Below, in pieces: positions 24,239-37,085 of a stretch of DNA of 64,000 nucleotides; position 1 is the stretch's first letter; every line of letters begins with the position of its first letter. The notes under the pieces were generated by a model. It did no database searches. It was not told the origin of the DNA and worked only from the letters and a program-made list of their open reading frames with translations. The translations under genes and the position numbers were made by a program. Source of the stretch: Pristiophorus japonicus (lineage: Eukaryota); the NCBI RefSeq assembly GCF_044704955.1, contig NC_091986.1:187922001-187986000 (forward strand). Direction: 5' to 3'.

Positions 24239-24981
24239 CAGGAGGCAATGGTCGCAAAATGCGGCCCGCCAATGAGTTCTGTCCGGGCTAGCCGAGGCCT
24301 AGCTTTGAGGCCGAACATTCGCCACACCTGACCCCTACCCTGACCCCGCCCCACGTAATGTCAGGGGGTGGGTCATTGTCTCCGAGGCAACAGGGGAGTC
24401 TGGCAGTGGGCCTTCGAGACGGGAGGGGAAGATACGGAAACGGATGGCTGGTGGACAGAAGGTGGCCGGGAATTACGGATCAGGCCAGGGCCCCCCGGGT
24501 GAGGGCCTTTTACTGACGGCAGCGCAGCCCCTAAATGGGAGGAAAGTGGTGAGTGCAGCAGTGGGGAGGGTGCAGGCCTGTTGCCCCCACCCCCGCCCAG
24601 ACCCGACTACCAGTGATGGGGTGACTGATGGATGATACCTGTTAACCAGTAATTAACTAACACCTAACTAATTAATGCAAAAATGATTTGTGTTGACTAA
24701 TTAGCATTTTAATTACCTCAGTTTAACACTGATTATTTATAACGAACTGCTAATTGGTCAATGAGTTAACAGATTTATTCACAAAACTTAATACCCTCTG
24801 CTCGTTAGGCAATTGATGAGCAATTTAATTGTGCCCATTACTGTACTAATTACACAGCTATTAATTTAAAAGCTGCTGAACGGGCTGTGCGGGACCTCCA
24901 GACCACTGCAATTGGTGTACGGCCCTCAGCTGCTCACCAAAGTTTAAGTGGCCCTCCAGCCCAAATAATTGCCCATTCCTG
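24239..24981. mobile_element. hAT-type non-autonomous DNA transposon inserted in L2
   Basis: Starts cagg...aaaatgcggcccg and ends gtggccc...aattgcccattcctg (CAGG...CCTG termini, GGCCC subterminal motifs). L2 sequence resumes at ccctaagcgctggaattcc. Confidence 0.6.
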
Positions 24982-25764
24982 CCCTAAGCGCTGGAATTCC
25001 CTCTCTGCCTCTCTGGCCTCCTTAAAACCTACATTTTTGACCCAAGCTTTTGGTCACCTGCCCTGATATCTCCTTGTGTGGTTTGGAGTCATATTTTGTT
25101 TGATAATCGCTCCTGTGAAGCGCTGTGGGACGTTTTACGATGTTAAAGGCGCTATATAATTACAAGTTGTTGGTGGTAAGGCTTTCATAATTTAATAACC
25201 CCTTGAGTGAGAATAAAAGTCATCTCATCCTCCCCCTTTATGTTTCTAGTGCTAATCCTAAATATATTTGGTAAATACAGGGAAAAAGCTGCCATGCTTT
25301 AGTACACCGCTGACCAGTTTGCATCTGTAAATAGCAAAAACAGATTAATGTTTTGAGTGTATCCCTACATCTGAAAGTTGTTCCTAAATATATGCCCTTT
25401 GTTACTGATTCTTTGTCCAGTGGAACACTTTTGACAAATGAAAAAGGATTATCCTGAAAAACATCGATCGTGAAACAAAATCTAATCAGTGAACCATACT
25501 GACAATATTAGCAAGTGCCCTGCTAATGACTAGTTCAAGTGAGAGTAGGATGGGTCAAATCAAATTTCTAAGAGGACTTGCCAGTTCCCTAATTTTAAGC
25601 AAAAACAGGGCAGTGCTCCATGCCCAGCATTGCAATACATCACTGTTCCAAAATAGTAACTTAGCTTTTCTGTTTCAAGATGCTGATAGATGAAGTATAT
25701 TTATACTTATTCTGTTTTTGCTTTAAACCAGAATTGGACACAAGAAGTTTATATGAGACTGTGG

Positions 25765-28700
25765 GGATGGTAGCAAAGTGGTTATGTTGTTGGACTAGTA
25801 ATGCAGAGGCCTGGACTAATGATCCGGAGACATGAGTTCATTCCCCACGGCAGCTGGGGAATTTAAATTCAGTTAATTAAATAAATCTGGAATAAAAAGC
25901 TAGTATCGGTAAAGGTGACCATGAAACTACTGGATTGTCGTAAAAACCCATCTGGTTCACTAATGTCCTTTAGGGAAAAAAAATCTGCTGTCCTTACCCG
26001 ATCTGGCCGATATGTGACTCCAGACCCACAGCAATGTGGTTGACTCATAACCACCCTCTGGAATGGCCTAGCAAGTCACTCAGTTGTAACAAACTGCGAC
26101 AAGAAACAATAATAAGAATAAAACTGGACGGACCACCTGGCATCGACCTTGGCACCGGCTTCGGACACGGCAACGGACCAGCCCAGTCAACCCTGCAAAG
26201 TCCTCCTCACTAATATCTGGGAACTTGTCAAAGCAACCACCTGATGTGGTCACACTCACAGAATCATACCTTTCCACCAACTCCTCCATCACCATCCCTG
26301 GGTATGTCCTGTCTTACCGGCAGGGCCGACCCACCCAAGGTGATGGCACAGTGGTATAGAGTCAGGAGGGAGTGGCCCTGGGAGTCTCATGGCTCCAGGT
26401 CAAGCATGGGCAAGGAAACCTCCTGCTGATTACCACCTACTGCCCTCAGAAGATGAATCAGTACTCCTCCATGTTGAACACCACTTGGAAGAAACACGGA
26501 GGGTAGCAAGGGCACAGAATGTACTCTGGGTGGGGGACTTCAGCGTCCATCATCAAGAGCGGCTCGGTAGCACCACTACTGACCAAGCTGGCCTGAAGTA
26601 CATAGCTGCCAGACTGGACCTACGTCAGGTGGTGAGAGAACCAACACGAGGGGAAAAACCCACTTGATTTCGTCCTTACCAATCTACCTGTCGCAAATAC
26701 ACCTTTCCATGACATTATTGGGAGGCGTGACCGCCACACAGTCCTTATAGAGACAAAATCCTGTTCACACTGAGGACACCCTCCATCGTGTTGTGTGGCA
26801 CTGCCACCGTGCTAAATGGGATAGATTTAGAACAGATCTAGCAGCTCAAAACTGGGCATCTGTCATCACCATCATAGGCAGCCCCTCGAAACGAGGATAA
26901 CTTGCTTCCACGCCAAAAAAGGATGAGTTCACAGGTGTTTCAATGAAGGACCCGAACTACATCCTCAAGGATGGAACATGCCTGTGCGTGGATTTTTTTA
27001 ACGTGTGGTGGCCGTTGCACACCACACTGTGGGCCATCAGCAGCAGCAGCAGAATTGTATTCCACCACAATCTATAACGTCATGGCCCACCATATCCCGC
27101 ACTCTACCATTACTATCGAGCCAGAGGACCAATCTTGGTTCAATGAGGAGTGCAGAAGAGCATGCCAGGAGCAGCACTAGGCGTATCTAAAATTGAGGTG
27201 CCATCACAGGGCTACATGCATGCTAAAAAGCGGAAGCAGCATACTATAGACAGGGCTAAGCGATCCCACAATCAATGGATCAGATCAAAGCTCTGCAGTC
27301 CTACCACATCCAGTCGTGAATGATGGTGGACAATTAAACAACTAACAGAAGGAGGAGGCTCCATGAAAACCCCCATCCTCAATGGTGACGGAGCCCAGCA
27401 CGTGAGTGCACAAGACAAGGCTGAAGCGTTTGCAACCATCTTCAGCCAGAAGTGCGGAGTGGATGATCCATCTCAGCCTCCTCCTGTGGTCCCCACCATC
27501 ACAGAAGTCAGTCTTCAGCCAATTCGATTCACTCCACGTGATATCAAGAAACGGCTGAGCGGACTGGATACAGCAAAGGCTATAGGCCCTGTCAACATCC
27601 CGGCTGTCATGCTGAAGACTTGTACTCCAGAATTAGCCGTGCCTCTAGCCAAGCTGTTCCAGTACAGCTACAACACTGGAATCTACCCGACACTGTGGAA
27701 AACTGCCCAGGTAGGTCCTGTCCACAAAAAGCAGGACAAATCCAATCCGGTCAATTACCGCCCCATCAGTCTACTCTCCATCATCAGCAAAGTGATGGAA
27801 GGTGTCATCGACAGTGCTATCAAGCAGTACTTACCCACAAATAACCTACTCACCGATGCTCAGTTTGAGTTCCACCAGGACCACTCGGCTCCAGACTTCA
27901 TTACAGCCTTGTTTCCAAACATGAGCAAAAGAGCTGAATTCCAGAGCTGAGGTGAGAGTGACTGCCCTTGACATCAAGGCAGCATTTGACCGAGTGTGGC
28001 ATCAAGGAGCCCTAGTAAAACTGAAGTCAATGGGAATCAGGTAGAAAACTCTCCACTGGCCGGAGTCATACCTAGCACAAAGAAAGATGGTTGTGGTGGT
28101 TGGAGGCCTATTATTCCAACCCTAGGACATCGCTGCCGGAATTCCTCAGGTCAGTGTCCTAGGCCCAACCATCTTCAGATGCTTTATTAATGACCTTCCC
28201 TCCATCATAAGGTCAGAAATGGGGATGTTCGCTGATGGCTGCACAGTGTTCAGTTCCATTCACAATTCCTCAGATAAAGGAATGCATGCAGCAAGACCTG
28301 GATGACATTCAGACTTGGGCTGATAAGTGGCAAGTAACATTCACGCCACACAAGTGCCAGGCAATGACTATCTCCAACAAGCAAAAATCCAGCCACCGCC
28401 CCTTGACATTCAACGACATTACTATCGTCAAATCTCCCACCATCAACATCCTGGGGAATCACCATTGACCAGAAACTTAACTGGGCCAGCCACATAAACA
28501 CTGTGGCAACAAGAGCAGGACAGAGGCTGGGTATTCTGAGGCGAGTGTCTCACCTCCTGACTCCCCAAAGCCTTTCTACCATCCACAAGACACAAGTCAG
28601 GAGTGTGATGGAATACTCTCCACTTACCTGGATGAGTGCAGCTCCCAACCACACTCAAGAAGCTCGACACTATCGAGGACAAAGCAAACCACTTGATTGG

Positions 28701-28945
28701 CACCCCATCCACCATCTTAAAACATTCACTCCCTCCACCACCGACGCTCCGTGGCTGCAGTGTGTACCATCTACAAGATGCATTGCAGCAACTTGCCAAG
28801 ACTTCTTTGACAGCACATTCCAAACCTGCGACCTCTACCACCTAGAAGGACAGGACAGCAGGAGCATGGGAACACCATCACCTCCAAGTTCCCCTCCAAG
28901 TCACGCATCATACTGACTTAGAAATATATCGCCGTTCCTTCATCA
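25765..28945 (+). mobile_element. CR1/L2-group LINE with a tRNA-like 5' head, disrupted EN-RT ORF, 3' end missing
   Basis: A-box tagcaaagtgg at 25771; EN motif VLWVGDFSVHH; RT-region KAIGPVNIP...NYRPISLLSIISKVME; dikaafd and FAD equivalents in shifted frames; QTWADKWQVTF. Confidence 0.85.
26863..27024 (-). mobile_element. 3' fragment of the bipartite RTE SINE inserted in the LINE
   Basis: tcatcaccatcataggcagcccctcgaa...gtggtggccgttgcacacc is the reverse complement of 11870-12060. Confidence 0.85.
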
Positions 28946-28949
28946 TCAT

Positions 28950-29190
28950 TCACTCCACTCGCCGATTCCCTCCGCCGCTCGTCGATCCATGCCGCTCCTC
29001 TGCTCGCCGATTCCCGCCGCTCCTCACCACCTGCCGTTTCGCGCCACCCATGGCCCCGCTCCCGACGCTGCGTTTTTTACCGGTTTCCTCGCCCCTCGTT
29101 GCCCGATGTCGCCACCTTGGCCGCCTCAAAAATGTCCAGTTTTCGGACAATACCAGTTTTCGGAATTCCGGATACGAGACGTTGTACCTG
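28950..29190. mobile_element. Right half of a Tigger-like MITE
   Basis: Ends ccggatacgagacgttgtacctg|TA with ccagttttcgga subterminal repeats; the left TIR is absent. Confidence 0.55.
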
Positions 29191-29526
29191 TATTGGTGTG
29201 AAGTGGTTTTGCATCATACCAATGCTAAAGTTATACTGTAACTCCCATCTGGAAGAGGAAGTTACACTCCGCTTCCCTCTGGAGTCAGATAGGGCACTGC
29301 AAATGTTTGGTGCTGGTGACACTTCAAAGCAACACTATAGCTGGGAATGCAGCCTGAGTGGAGGCTGGAGTGAAACCCTTCCCTGAGGTGGGTCTGCTTG
29401 ACACCAGCTTCAGACTACTGTCTGTAGCTTGGCTTCTGTTGTATTGTGGGCTATTTAAACAGATCTAACCTCTGATGTATAGTATCACCAGGTTAGCCGA
29501 TATTGTGCAATTCTGTCAAAGAGAAA

Positions 29527-29635
29527 GGGGTAGAATTTACAAATTAGCGCTTCAGTTGCAAGGCGTATTGGTCATTGGGTCATGGAGGTTAGCATGCTCT
29601 GCAATGTTTTGTGCCAATTCCTGAAAATCTAACCC
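29527..29635. mobile_element. Very short Harbinger-like MITE
   Basis: ggggtagaattt...aaaatctaaccc; flanks AAA/AAT. Confidence 0.45.
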
Positions 29636-29764
29636 AATAAATCGAGCTAGATCTCAAACCTTGCACGTAATCAGCAATAGAAGCAGAACATTGTATAAAA
29701 GCACAGCAGGTCAGTCATCATTGGCCAGTTATGATTAAGGGATCCACAGTATTCATTAATCTAT

Positions 29765-29988
29765 TGCAATGTATTTGCTGCATGGGTTTTTAACTTAAGA
29801 ATTCATAGCAACACATTGCTATTAAGAATTGTTGGTTTATTAATAAAGGTTTAACAATCACATTACACATTACCAGTTCACCCAATAGGCTCACAACTAC
29901 ATACCTCAATGTGGAAGGCCTAGACCCAACTGACTGGGGTTTTATTGAGTCTTGTGAACATCGCATACTCACAGGTGCATACATTACA
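29765..29988 (-). mobile_element. Solo LTR, internally deleted, same family as 46014-46563
   Basis: tgcaatg...cattaca termini; flanks tctat/cctat; long shared blocks with the 46014 copy (caacacattgctattaagaa, ctagacccaactgactgggg). Confidence 0.8.
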
Positions 29989-30039
29989 CCTATCTTTCTC
30001 TTTCGGATGCACGAGTTGTTTTTCTTTTCATCTGTGCAG

Positions 30040-31362
30040 GGACCCCAGTGCGAGCTGATCATCATTAATTCCGTTTTGCTCAGGCACCATTCTGCTCCCC
30101 TTCTTAAAACAAAGCTCTTTTGACCTATCCATCCTCTCCAACTGCTAGCTCTTCCACAACCTTCCTTTCCTCTTAAAGGTCCTTGAACATGTTGCTCCCC
30201 ACCCCTGCGCCCTTCTTTCCCGAAATTCCCAGGTTCCAATCTGCACAATCTGGCCCCTGCCTTTCTCGTAACAAAAATACGGCCCTAGCCAAATTCACAA
30301 CCAACATCTTCTGTGACTGTGATTGTGGTGGCCTATCTCTCCTTGTCACCCTTGCCCTTCCTGTGGTGTTCACTATGGTTAACTGCAGCATCCACCTGCA
30401 ACGCCTCTCCTCAGTGATCCACCTATCTAACGGCAGCCATTGCATCTCCAGCAATGGCTTTTCTTCTTTCCACCTATAATGTCACTATAAGATGGAGTTA
30501 TTTTTGGCCCCCTCCTCTTTAACTAGAAAGTACCTCTTAGTGGCATCATCTGCAGGAACTGTTAACTTTCACACGTATGCTGATCATGTCTAGCTCCATA
30601 TCTCCACCATTTGTTTCGACAGCTTGAGTGTCTCCATGTTTTCAGAATGCTTATCCAACATTATTTCCTGGATACGTCACAACTTTCTCTGGCTCAACAT
30701 CCTAAAGACCAAGATGATCGACTTATTCCCTGCTTGACTCTGTTCCCTTACAACTGACTCCGTCTCTCTTTTTTGCCACTCTCTTAGGCTGAACCAGACC
30801 ATTTGTAATCTTGCCGTTCTATTTGACCTGACTTGCTTGCTGCCAATTCTGCAACACTGTCTGCCTCTGTTCCAACTTTAACCCCCCCACCTCATCAGGG
30901 TTTGGTTACCTCCAGCCTCAACGACTCTAATGCTCTAATTTATGGCTTTGTATCCTCCGCCCTCCATAAACTGCAAATTGTCCAGAACTCTGCTGCGTGT
31001 ATCGTGTTCACCTCCCTCATCACCCTATCCTCGCAAATTCCTTGTCCTCCAACACGCTAAATTTAAAATGCTTGTCCATGGTTTGCAAATCTCTCCGTGG
31101 CCAAACCCTACCCTATCTCCTCAATTTCCTCCAGCTCTAGATTCCCCCCTGTTCATTCGGCTTCACCTTCTCCTCTGAGATTTCAGGCACATTGGCCCTA
31201 CTCTTTGAAGCTCCCTCCTTCAGCCTTTCTGTCTCCCCACCTCTTGTCACCACGTTTCGGTCACCTTTTCTAATCTCTCCTTTCAGCATCCATTTTCCTT
31301 ATGCCTATTTGTGAAACTCCTTGGGATATTTCTGTATGTTAAGGATGCTGTTTAAATGCAAG
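30040..31362 (+). mobile_element. Highly degenerate L2 LINE
   Basis: cacacgtatgctgat (YAD motif remnant), ctccataaactgcaaattgtccagaactctgctgc, tail tttaaatgcaag. Confidence 0.65.
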
Positions 31363-31744
31363 CCGTAGTCCCAGGAGTTCTTCTCTTCCCCCATTGGAGC
31401 TATGGCTGGTCCCTGAGGATTTACTGAGCTCTGCTGGGTGCGAAGAAACCCAGATTGTGGAGGAGAGCAGGAGCACAGGGCTAATTCTTAGCTTGTGTGG
31501 CAATAGGTGGTTGATCCAATGGCAGATTCAGAGCGCCACAGTTTTGTGGGTGTGCAATGCAGTCAGTTGCAGGCATTCACAGCAGTGCATTACAGAGAGC
31601 AAGAGAATTACACAACTGTTGCAACCTGCACTCCTGGAATGTCAAAGCATCTTTCTGCCTCAGAGACCTCCATTGTGATGGAATTAGGACACTGTAAATT
31701 TAAAACTGCTTACACAGATATAAAAGACCTCCGAGTACTTTACA

Positions 31745-32842
31745 AAGGGGGGAGTAGATGCCGAGCATGAAGTAAAGGACTTTTTGTGGTGTAGGGGGAG
31801 GCTGAGGGGAGTTTTTTTGCTGGAAGGCTGTTTCCAGTGGGGTTCCACAGGGCTCAGTACTCGGTCCCTTGCTTTGTGTGGTATATATTAATGATTTAGA
31901 CTTAAATGCAGGGGCCATGATAAAGAAATTTGCAGATAATACAAAAATTGGCCGTGTGGTTGATCGTGAGGAGGAAAGCTCCAGACTGCAGGAAGATATC
32001 GATGGACTGGTCAGTTGGGCAGAAAAGTGGCAAATGGAATTCAATCCGGAAAAGTGTGAGGTAATGCGTTTGAGGAGGCAAGGGTATACTCAATAAATGG
32101 GAGGATACTGAGAGGTGTGGAGGAACAGAGGGACCTTGGAGTGTATGTCCACAGATCCTTAAAGGTAGCGGGACAGGTCGATAAAATAGTTAAAAAAGCA
32201 TAAACAATGCTTTCCTTTATTAGCTGAGGCACAAAATACGAAAGCAGTGAAGTTATGCTGGAACTGGATACAACACTAGTTAGGCCACAGCTGGAGTACT
32301 ACGTACAGGTCTGGTCACCACATTACAGGAAGGATGTGATTGCACTAGAAAGGGTACAGAGGAGATTTAGGAGGATGTTGCCAGGATTGGAAAACTTCAG
32401 CTATGAGGAAAGATTGGATAGGTGGGGGTTGCTTTCATTGGAACAGAGAAGACGGAGGGGGGAATTTAATTGAGGTGTAGAAAATTATGAGGGGCCTAGA
32501 TAAAGTGGATAGGAAGGACCTATTTCTCTTAGCAGAGGGGGTCAATAACCAGGGGGCATAGATTTAAAGTAGTTGGTAGAAGGATTAGAGGGGAGATGAG
32601 GAAACCTTTCTTCACCCGGAGGGTGGTGGGAGTCTGGAACTCACGGCCTGAAAGGGTGGTAGAGGCAGAAACCCTCATCGCATTTAAAAGGTACTTGGAT
32701 GTGCACTTAAAGAGCCGTAACCTACAGGGCTATGGACCTAGTGCTGGAAGGTGGGATTAGGCTGAGTAACTCTTACGATCAGCATGGACACGATGGGTTG
32801 AATGGCCTCCTTCTGTGTTGTAATTTTCTATGATTATATGAT
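31745..32842 (+). mobile_element. CR1 LINE 3' part
   Basis: YINDLD...KFADNTK...WQMEFNPEKCEV; tail ttctatgattatatgat. Confidence 0.9.
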
Positions 32843-33675
32843 ATAGCAGGGCAAGGTGGTTTTGACAGATAATTCCAGAGGAAAGGATTGTAATGTGTGA
32901 AAGACTGCCACCATGGAGCAGAGTAGGGGAGGGACAAGCAGCATGACGGTTGGGAGGCTTGACACACATTGGCATGATGTCAGCCCAACCAACCTTTCCA
33001 TTCTATTGAAATATATATTGCCCCTTGACCTCCAATGGCTTTCCTCATGGGTAGTCTGCCATCTGCAGCATTGTGTTATCTGCTAGCCTGGCCTGTCCCT
33101 TTAAGACCACAGCCTCAGATAGGCTCCGTCGGAAAGTGTCTAAAATAAGTCATCAGGTCAATTGTAGGCTAATTAAAGATGTTGTAAGTCTCTCTAGGTT
33201 GGCAGCTTGGTCTTTCTCTTTGGTGAATGGTCAACCTGTCCTGGTTATGTACTGGTCAGAAATATCAGAAGGAAATAACTTGCTTTCTTTCTCTTTATGC
33301 TTGTCAGATTTAAAGGTTGTTCAGTTACGGTTTGTTGGCGTGATACTGGAAAATGATCTCAAAACTTTTATATAAATAGATAAAGGACAGATACAAAACA
33401 TATCAGGCTCTTAAATAGCTCAGCCTTCATAAAAATTGCTAAGTAAATCTCTTCTTTGTTAGCAAACACACGGCAGAATGATGTAAACCACACCCAAAAT
33501 GCATTACTTGCTCAGGGTGTCATCGTGCTGAGAATGAAGCACAACCTTCTTTTCTGTCTCCAAGGGCAAAAAATAGGTTTGTCAAACATTTTGATCTACA
33601 GTGGGGTGCCCCTTTAAATTACTTACAATTCTGCAATGGGTCGGTAAACTAAATCTGACAGTTGGCCCTTTTGTT

Positions 33676-33900
33676 GGGTACGGTGGCCATATTATGAGGT
33701 ACGGTGGCCATATTATGAGATACGGGGGCCATTGTGAGGTATGGGGCCCTTATTGTGAGGTACGAGGGCCATATTGTGAGGTACGGGGGCCATTGTGAGG
33801 TATGGGGCCCATATTGTGAGGTACGAGGGCCATATTGTGAGGTACGGGGGCCATATTGTGAGGTACGAGGGCCATATTATGAGGTACGGGGGCTATATTG
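33676..33900 (+). repeat. Minisatellite, about 21-bp unit gaggtacgggggccatattgt, about 11 copies
   Basis: Direct tandem repeats with 19-bp and 21-bp variants. Confidence 0.92.
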
Positions 33901-34356
33901 CTCACTAGCATCTCTCGCCCCTCAGTGCTATTTCAACGTCAGTTTCAACTCTGTTTATCGCAGGTTTCATCTCACTGAGACTATTATATGTGCATTATAC
34001 AATATTGTGGCTGGCTGACAGTTAGTAACAAGCTGTAATTTACTCGAAGGGCTCAGATGACATCCAGAAACCATTGAGCTTGAGTCTCAAGAATTGTGAC
34101 ATTATCTAAAGCGCTCGAGCAAACTGTAGCCATATTACTCAGTCATCCATTCATAATTCTGAATGTTAGCGGAGTGTATTAAACTACATCGGTGAATTAA
34201 TTTGTTATAGTATCGTTTATGTTTTTATATTACAAATAAGTACAATACATACTTTGAACTGGAAAACAGGCTCATGCAAAACAGTCTAACTTGTTCATAA
34301 GCATTCAAGGTATGATGTGTCATAGTTCACTATACCTTTTGTACCCGGAGTGTTTA

Positions 34357-34676
34357 TAAGAAAGACTTGCATTTATATATATACATCCACCAGATGTCCC
34401 AAAGCGCTTTGTAGCCAATGAGGTATTTTTGGAACTGTACACGCTGTTGCAATGTGGGAAACGCGACAGCTAATTTGCGCACAGCAAGCTCCCACAAACA
34501 GCAATGTGATAATGAACAGATAATCTTTTTTAGTGATGTTGGTTGAGGGATAAATATTGGCCAGGACACTGGGGATAACTGCCCTGCTCTTCTTCGAAAT
34601 AATGCCCTGGGAGCTTTTACGTCCACCCGAGAGAGCAGGCGGGGCCTCGGTTTAACGTCTCACCCAAAAGACGGCA
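34357..34676 (-). mobile_element. SacSINE1-like SINE, 5'-truncated
   Basis: aagacttgcatttata...gcacagcaagctcccacaaacagcaatgtgataatg...ggcctcggtttaacgtctca. Confidence 0.85.
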
Positions 34677-34764
34677 GGAAGCATTCGGTCAGGTGACAAA
34701 ACATTGCGAGCAAATGTGCAATTGTGGAACTGACCCAGGCACGTCAGGACGCTTCAACTCTGAT

Positions 34765-34995
34765 GGGACTGAGCTAACTGATTTCAGCCAGCGTGGAACT
34801 TGGGCCATTACAATTGGTGCATTTTGTCCAGAGAAGAGAATGTAATCAGCCAAGGTTCCCGCTCCTGATTGCTATCTTGCAATCCCTACTGTAAATTGTG
34901 TATGGTCAGATAGCCTGCTGACTCTCACACATGAAGAATAGACACTTGTGTGAGGTACTGTAGGGCAGTCAGTGTCAATGGAACCATAATCCAGG
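34765..34995 (+). mobile_element. Old SINE-like interspersed repeat, unclassified
   Basis: ctgagctaactgatttcagcc...gctgactctcacacatgaagaat. Weakly similar blocks at about 4600-4880(-), 15630-15710(+) and 43860-44075(-). Confidence 0.4.
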
Positions 34996-35125
34996 AGTCC
35001 ATATTTAGTCGGCTTAGGCACGATGGGCTGACTGACCTCCTCCTGTGCTGTATTGGTCTGTCTTTAGAAGAAGAGAAAATTGAGGAACAAAGAAACAGAT
35101 ATAAATATATTTTTTCAGACCCTGT

Positions 35126-35645
35126 GGGTTAGAAATTTGATTAGAGGGTTCCTACGGTGCTAACGCGGGTGGTCGCTAAATTTAGAACCGGAACATTTCT
35201 AGCGACGGGAACAGCAAAATTCAGTGGTTGCACCCTGAGAGTGGAGTGGAGCACCGTGGGAAGCATTCCACACCTCCCTTAGGGTGCTAGGCCGGGTGAG
35301 CAACTGAATATCCCGTGCTAAAGAGCCAGCTTCGTAGCGGCCTAAGAGAAGCCTCCAAGCAAAAAACATTCCCTATACATTACTCACCCCAACTTACCTC
35401 ATGCAGTCATTCCTTCCCTTTGCGCCCCGGGACAGCTCTGCACACCAGCTTTCTCTGGCGGGGTCACTACGGGGCACTACGGGTGCCGTGCAAACCAAAG
35501 TGTCGATATCGGGGGCGTTGCACACCAGCACGGTGCTCCCGGACGGTACCGGCACACTGAATTTGCCGAGCGGCGCGAATGTCGGCGCTCGCTGCTGTAA
35601 GCCCTTTCGCGCCCCTCGGGCAATATCCGACCAAGTTTCTCCCCC
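35126..35645. mobile_element. Harbinger-like MITE
   Basis: TIRs gggttagaaattt / aagtttctccccc; TGT duplicated at 35123-35125 and 35646-35648. Confidence 0.75.
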
Positions 35646-36524
35646 TGTGACTTTTCAGACTTTATTTTTCTATTTCAGGCTGTCCAGTGTCATTGAGCTG
35701 TGACAGGTATCTGTCACGTTGCAGTTATAACCCATGGAATGTTGATCCTGTTATCTGCTGCTGGTATCAGTGGGATTAGCGAGCGCGAGGAGTCCCTCTC
35801 AGTGCTGGAATTCAGCTCCCTTCACCTCACAGCAGCAGCAGCAGCACACAGGGTCCAAACATTCGCACAACGTTAAGATTAAACTGAAGGGGAGATGCTG
35901 CATTCGGAGACATTGTGTCTCTTCCTGGCGAGAGGGAGCATCATTATTTAATAACAGCAGGTCCAGGGATCACAGCTGCTCGAGCACAGAAACCCAGACA
36001 GGTAATCTCTCCAGCTTTGCTTTGACTGATGCAGCAGAAAATCAAAGATGACTCGTTTCTTAATATCTTCATAAAAATCCAGTGCGATTACATCGCTAAT
36101 GACATGGACTCGCGCAGATCAAAAGATTGGGGCTTTGGCAGGTCCCTTGATGGGGGGAATTCACTATCTTGGGAAATAAGTCTGCGTTTTCTGTCGGCCG
36201 CAGCAGAACTATTCGCGAGATGAGTTGATCGGTGAATTAGCTCTACTTCTATTGGCAACTGAATTTTAAAAAAATAGAGTTCTCTGCGTGTGGAACATCT
36301 TCAGGTGTGGTTTGGGCCACAGGGGAGTAAGGTGCATGCACCGGCTCCTCGGGTTTACAGTGTTAAAGTCGGGTTTCCCCCATCTTTGTGACAGAATTGT
36401 GCTGTTGGGATAAGTTTTGCCAAGGGACGGGCCCACAGAGCTCGCTGTCCCACCACCCGAACTACAGAAGTGCCAAATACAGAAGTCATTGGTGGTATGG
36501 TTCAGCGCAGTTGCAGTCCTGAAA

Positions 36525-36782
36525 GAGGGGATTTGAGGGGAAATTTCTTCACCCAGAGGGTGGTGGGGTCTGGAACTCACTGCCTGAAAGGGTGGTAGAG
36601 GCAGAAACCTTCACCACATTTAAAAAGTACTTGGGTGTGCACTTGAAGTGCAGTAACCTACAAGGATGCGGACCGAGAGTTGGAGTGTGGGATTAGGCTG
36701 GATAGCTGTTTGTCGGCTGACACGGACACGATGGGCTCAAATGGCCTCATTCCATGCTGTAAATTTCTATGATTTGTATGAT
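36525..36782 (+). mobile_element. CR1 3' end fragment
   Basis: aaatttcttcacccagagggtggtgggggtctggaactcactgcctgaaagg...ttctatgatt. Confidence 0.85.
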
Positions 36783-37085
36783 AGAGCGACGCTGAGAACT
36801 CCTCCCTGCCTTGCTCTCCTGCTTTTACATCACAAACTCTGCTGCTGGTGTGCTGCAAACCTGTCGGAGGTTCATCTGCCCGTGCTTGGATTGTCCCAGC
36901 CATTCATGCCTTGAGTGCCTGAAATAATTACATTTTACAACTACCTTCACAGTGAGCCTGCCACAAATGCCTAAGTGTTAACCTTTAACTTCTTGACAGG
37001 CTTTCAATCAACAATTACCGATTTCTGTACTGAGCAGGCCCCTGTGCATCAGTGTGCGCATATTATGATGCTATTTTGCACCATG

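Larger units (their letters stand above)
23085..25175 (+). mobile_element. Degenerate L2 LINE 3' region hosting two insertions
   Basis: tttgttacctctagacttgactattccaatg, cacccatcacccctgtg...gacctacattggctcc, tail gcgctatataattacaagttgttg; homologous to 14712-15212. Confidence 0.75.

Noticed and set aside
25765-25850. Functional tRNA gene (also the SINE heads at about 10610, 16920 and 51700)
   Set aside because: These are retroposon heads: no complete cloverleaf or terminator, and they are continuous with SINE/LINE bodies.
33676-33900. CRISPR-like array
   Set aside because: Contiguous tandem units with no unique spacers, in a vertebrate context.
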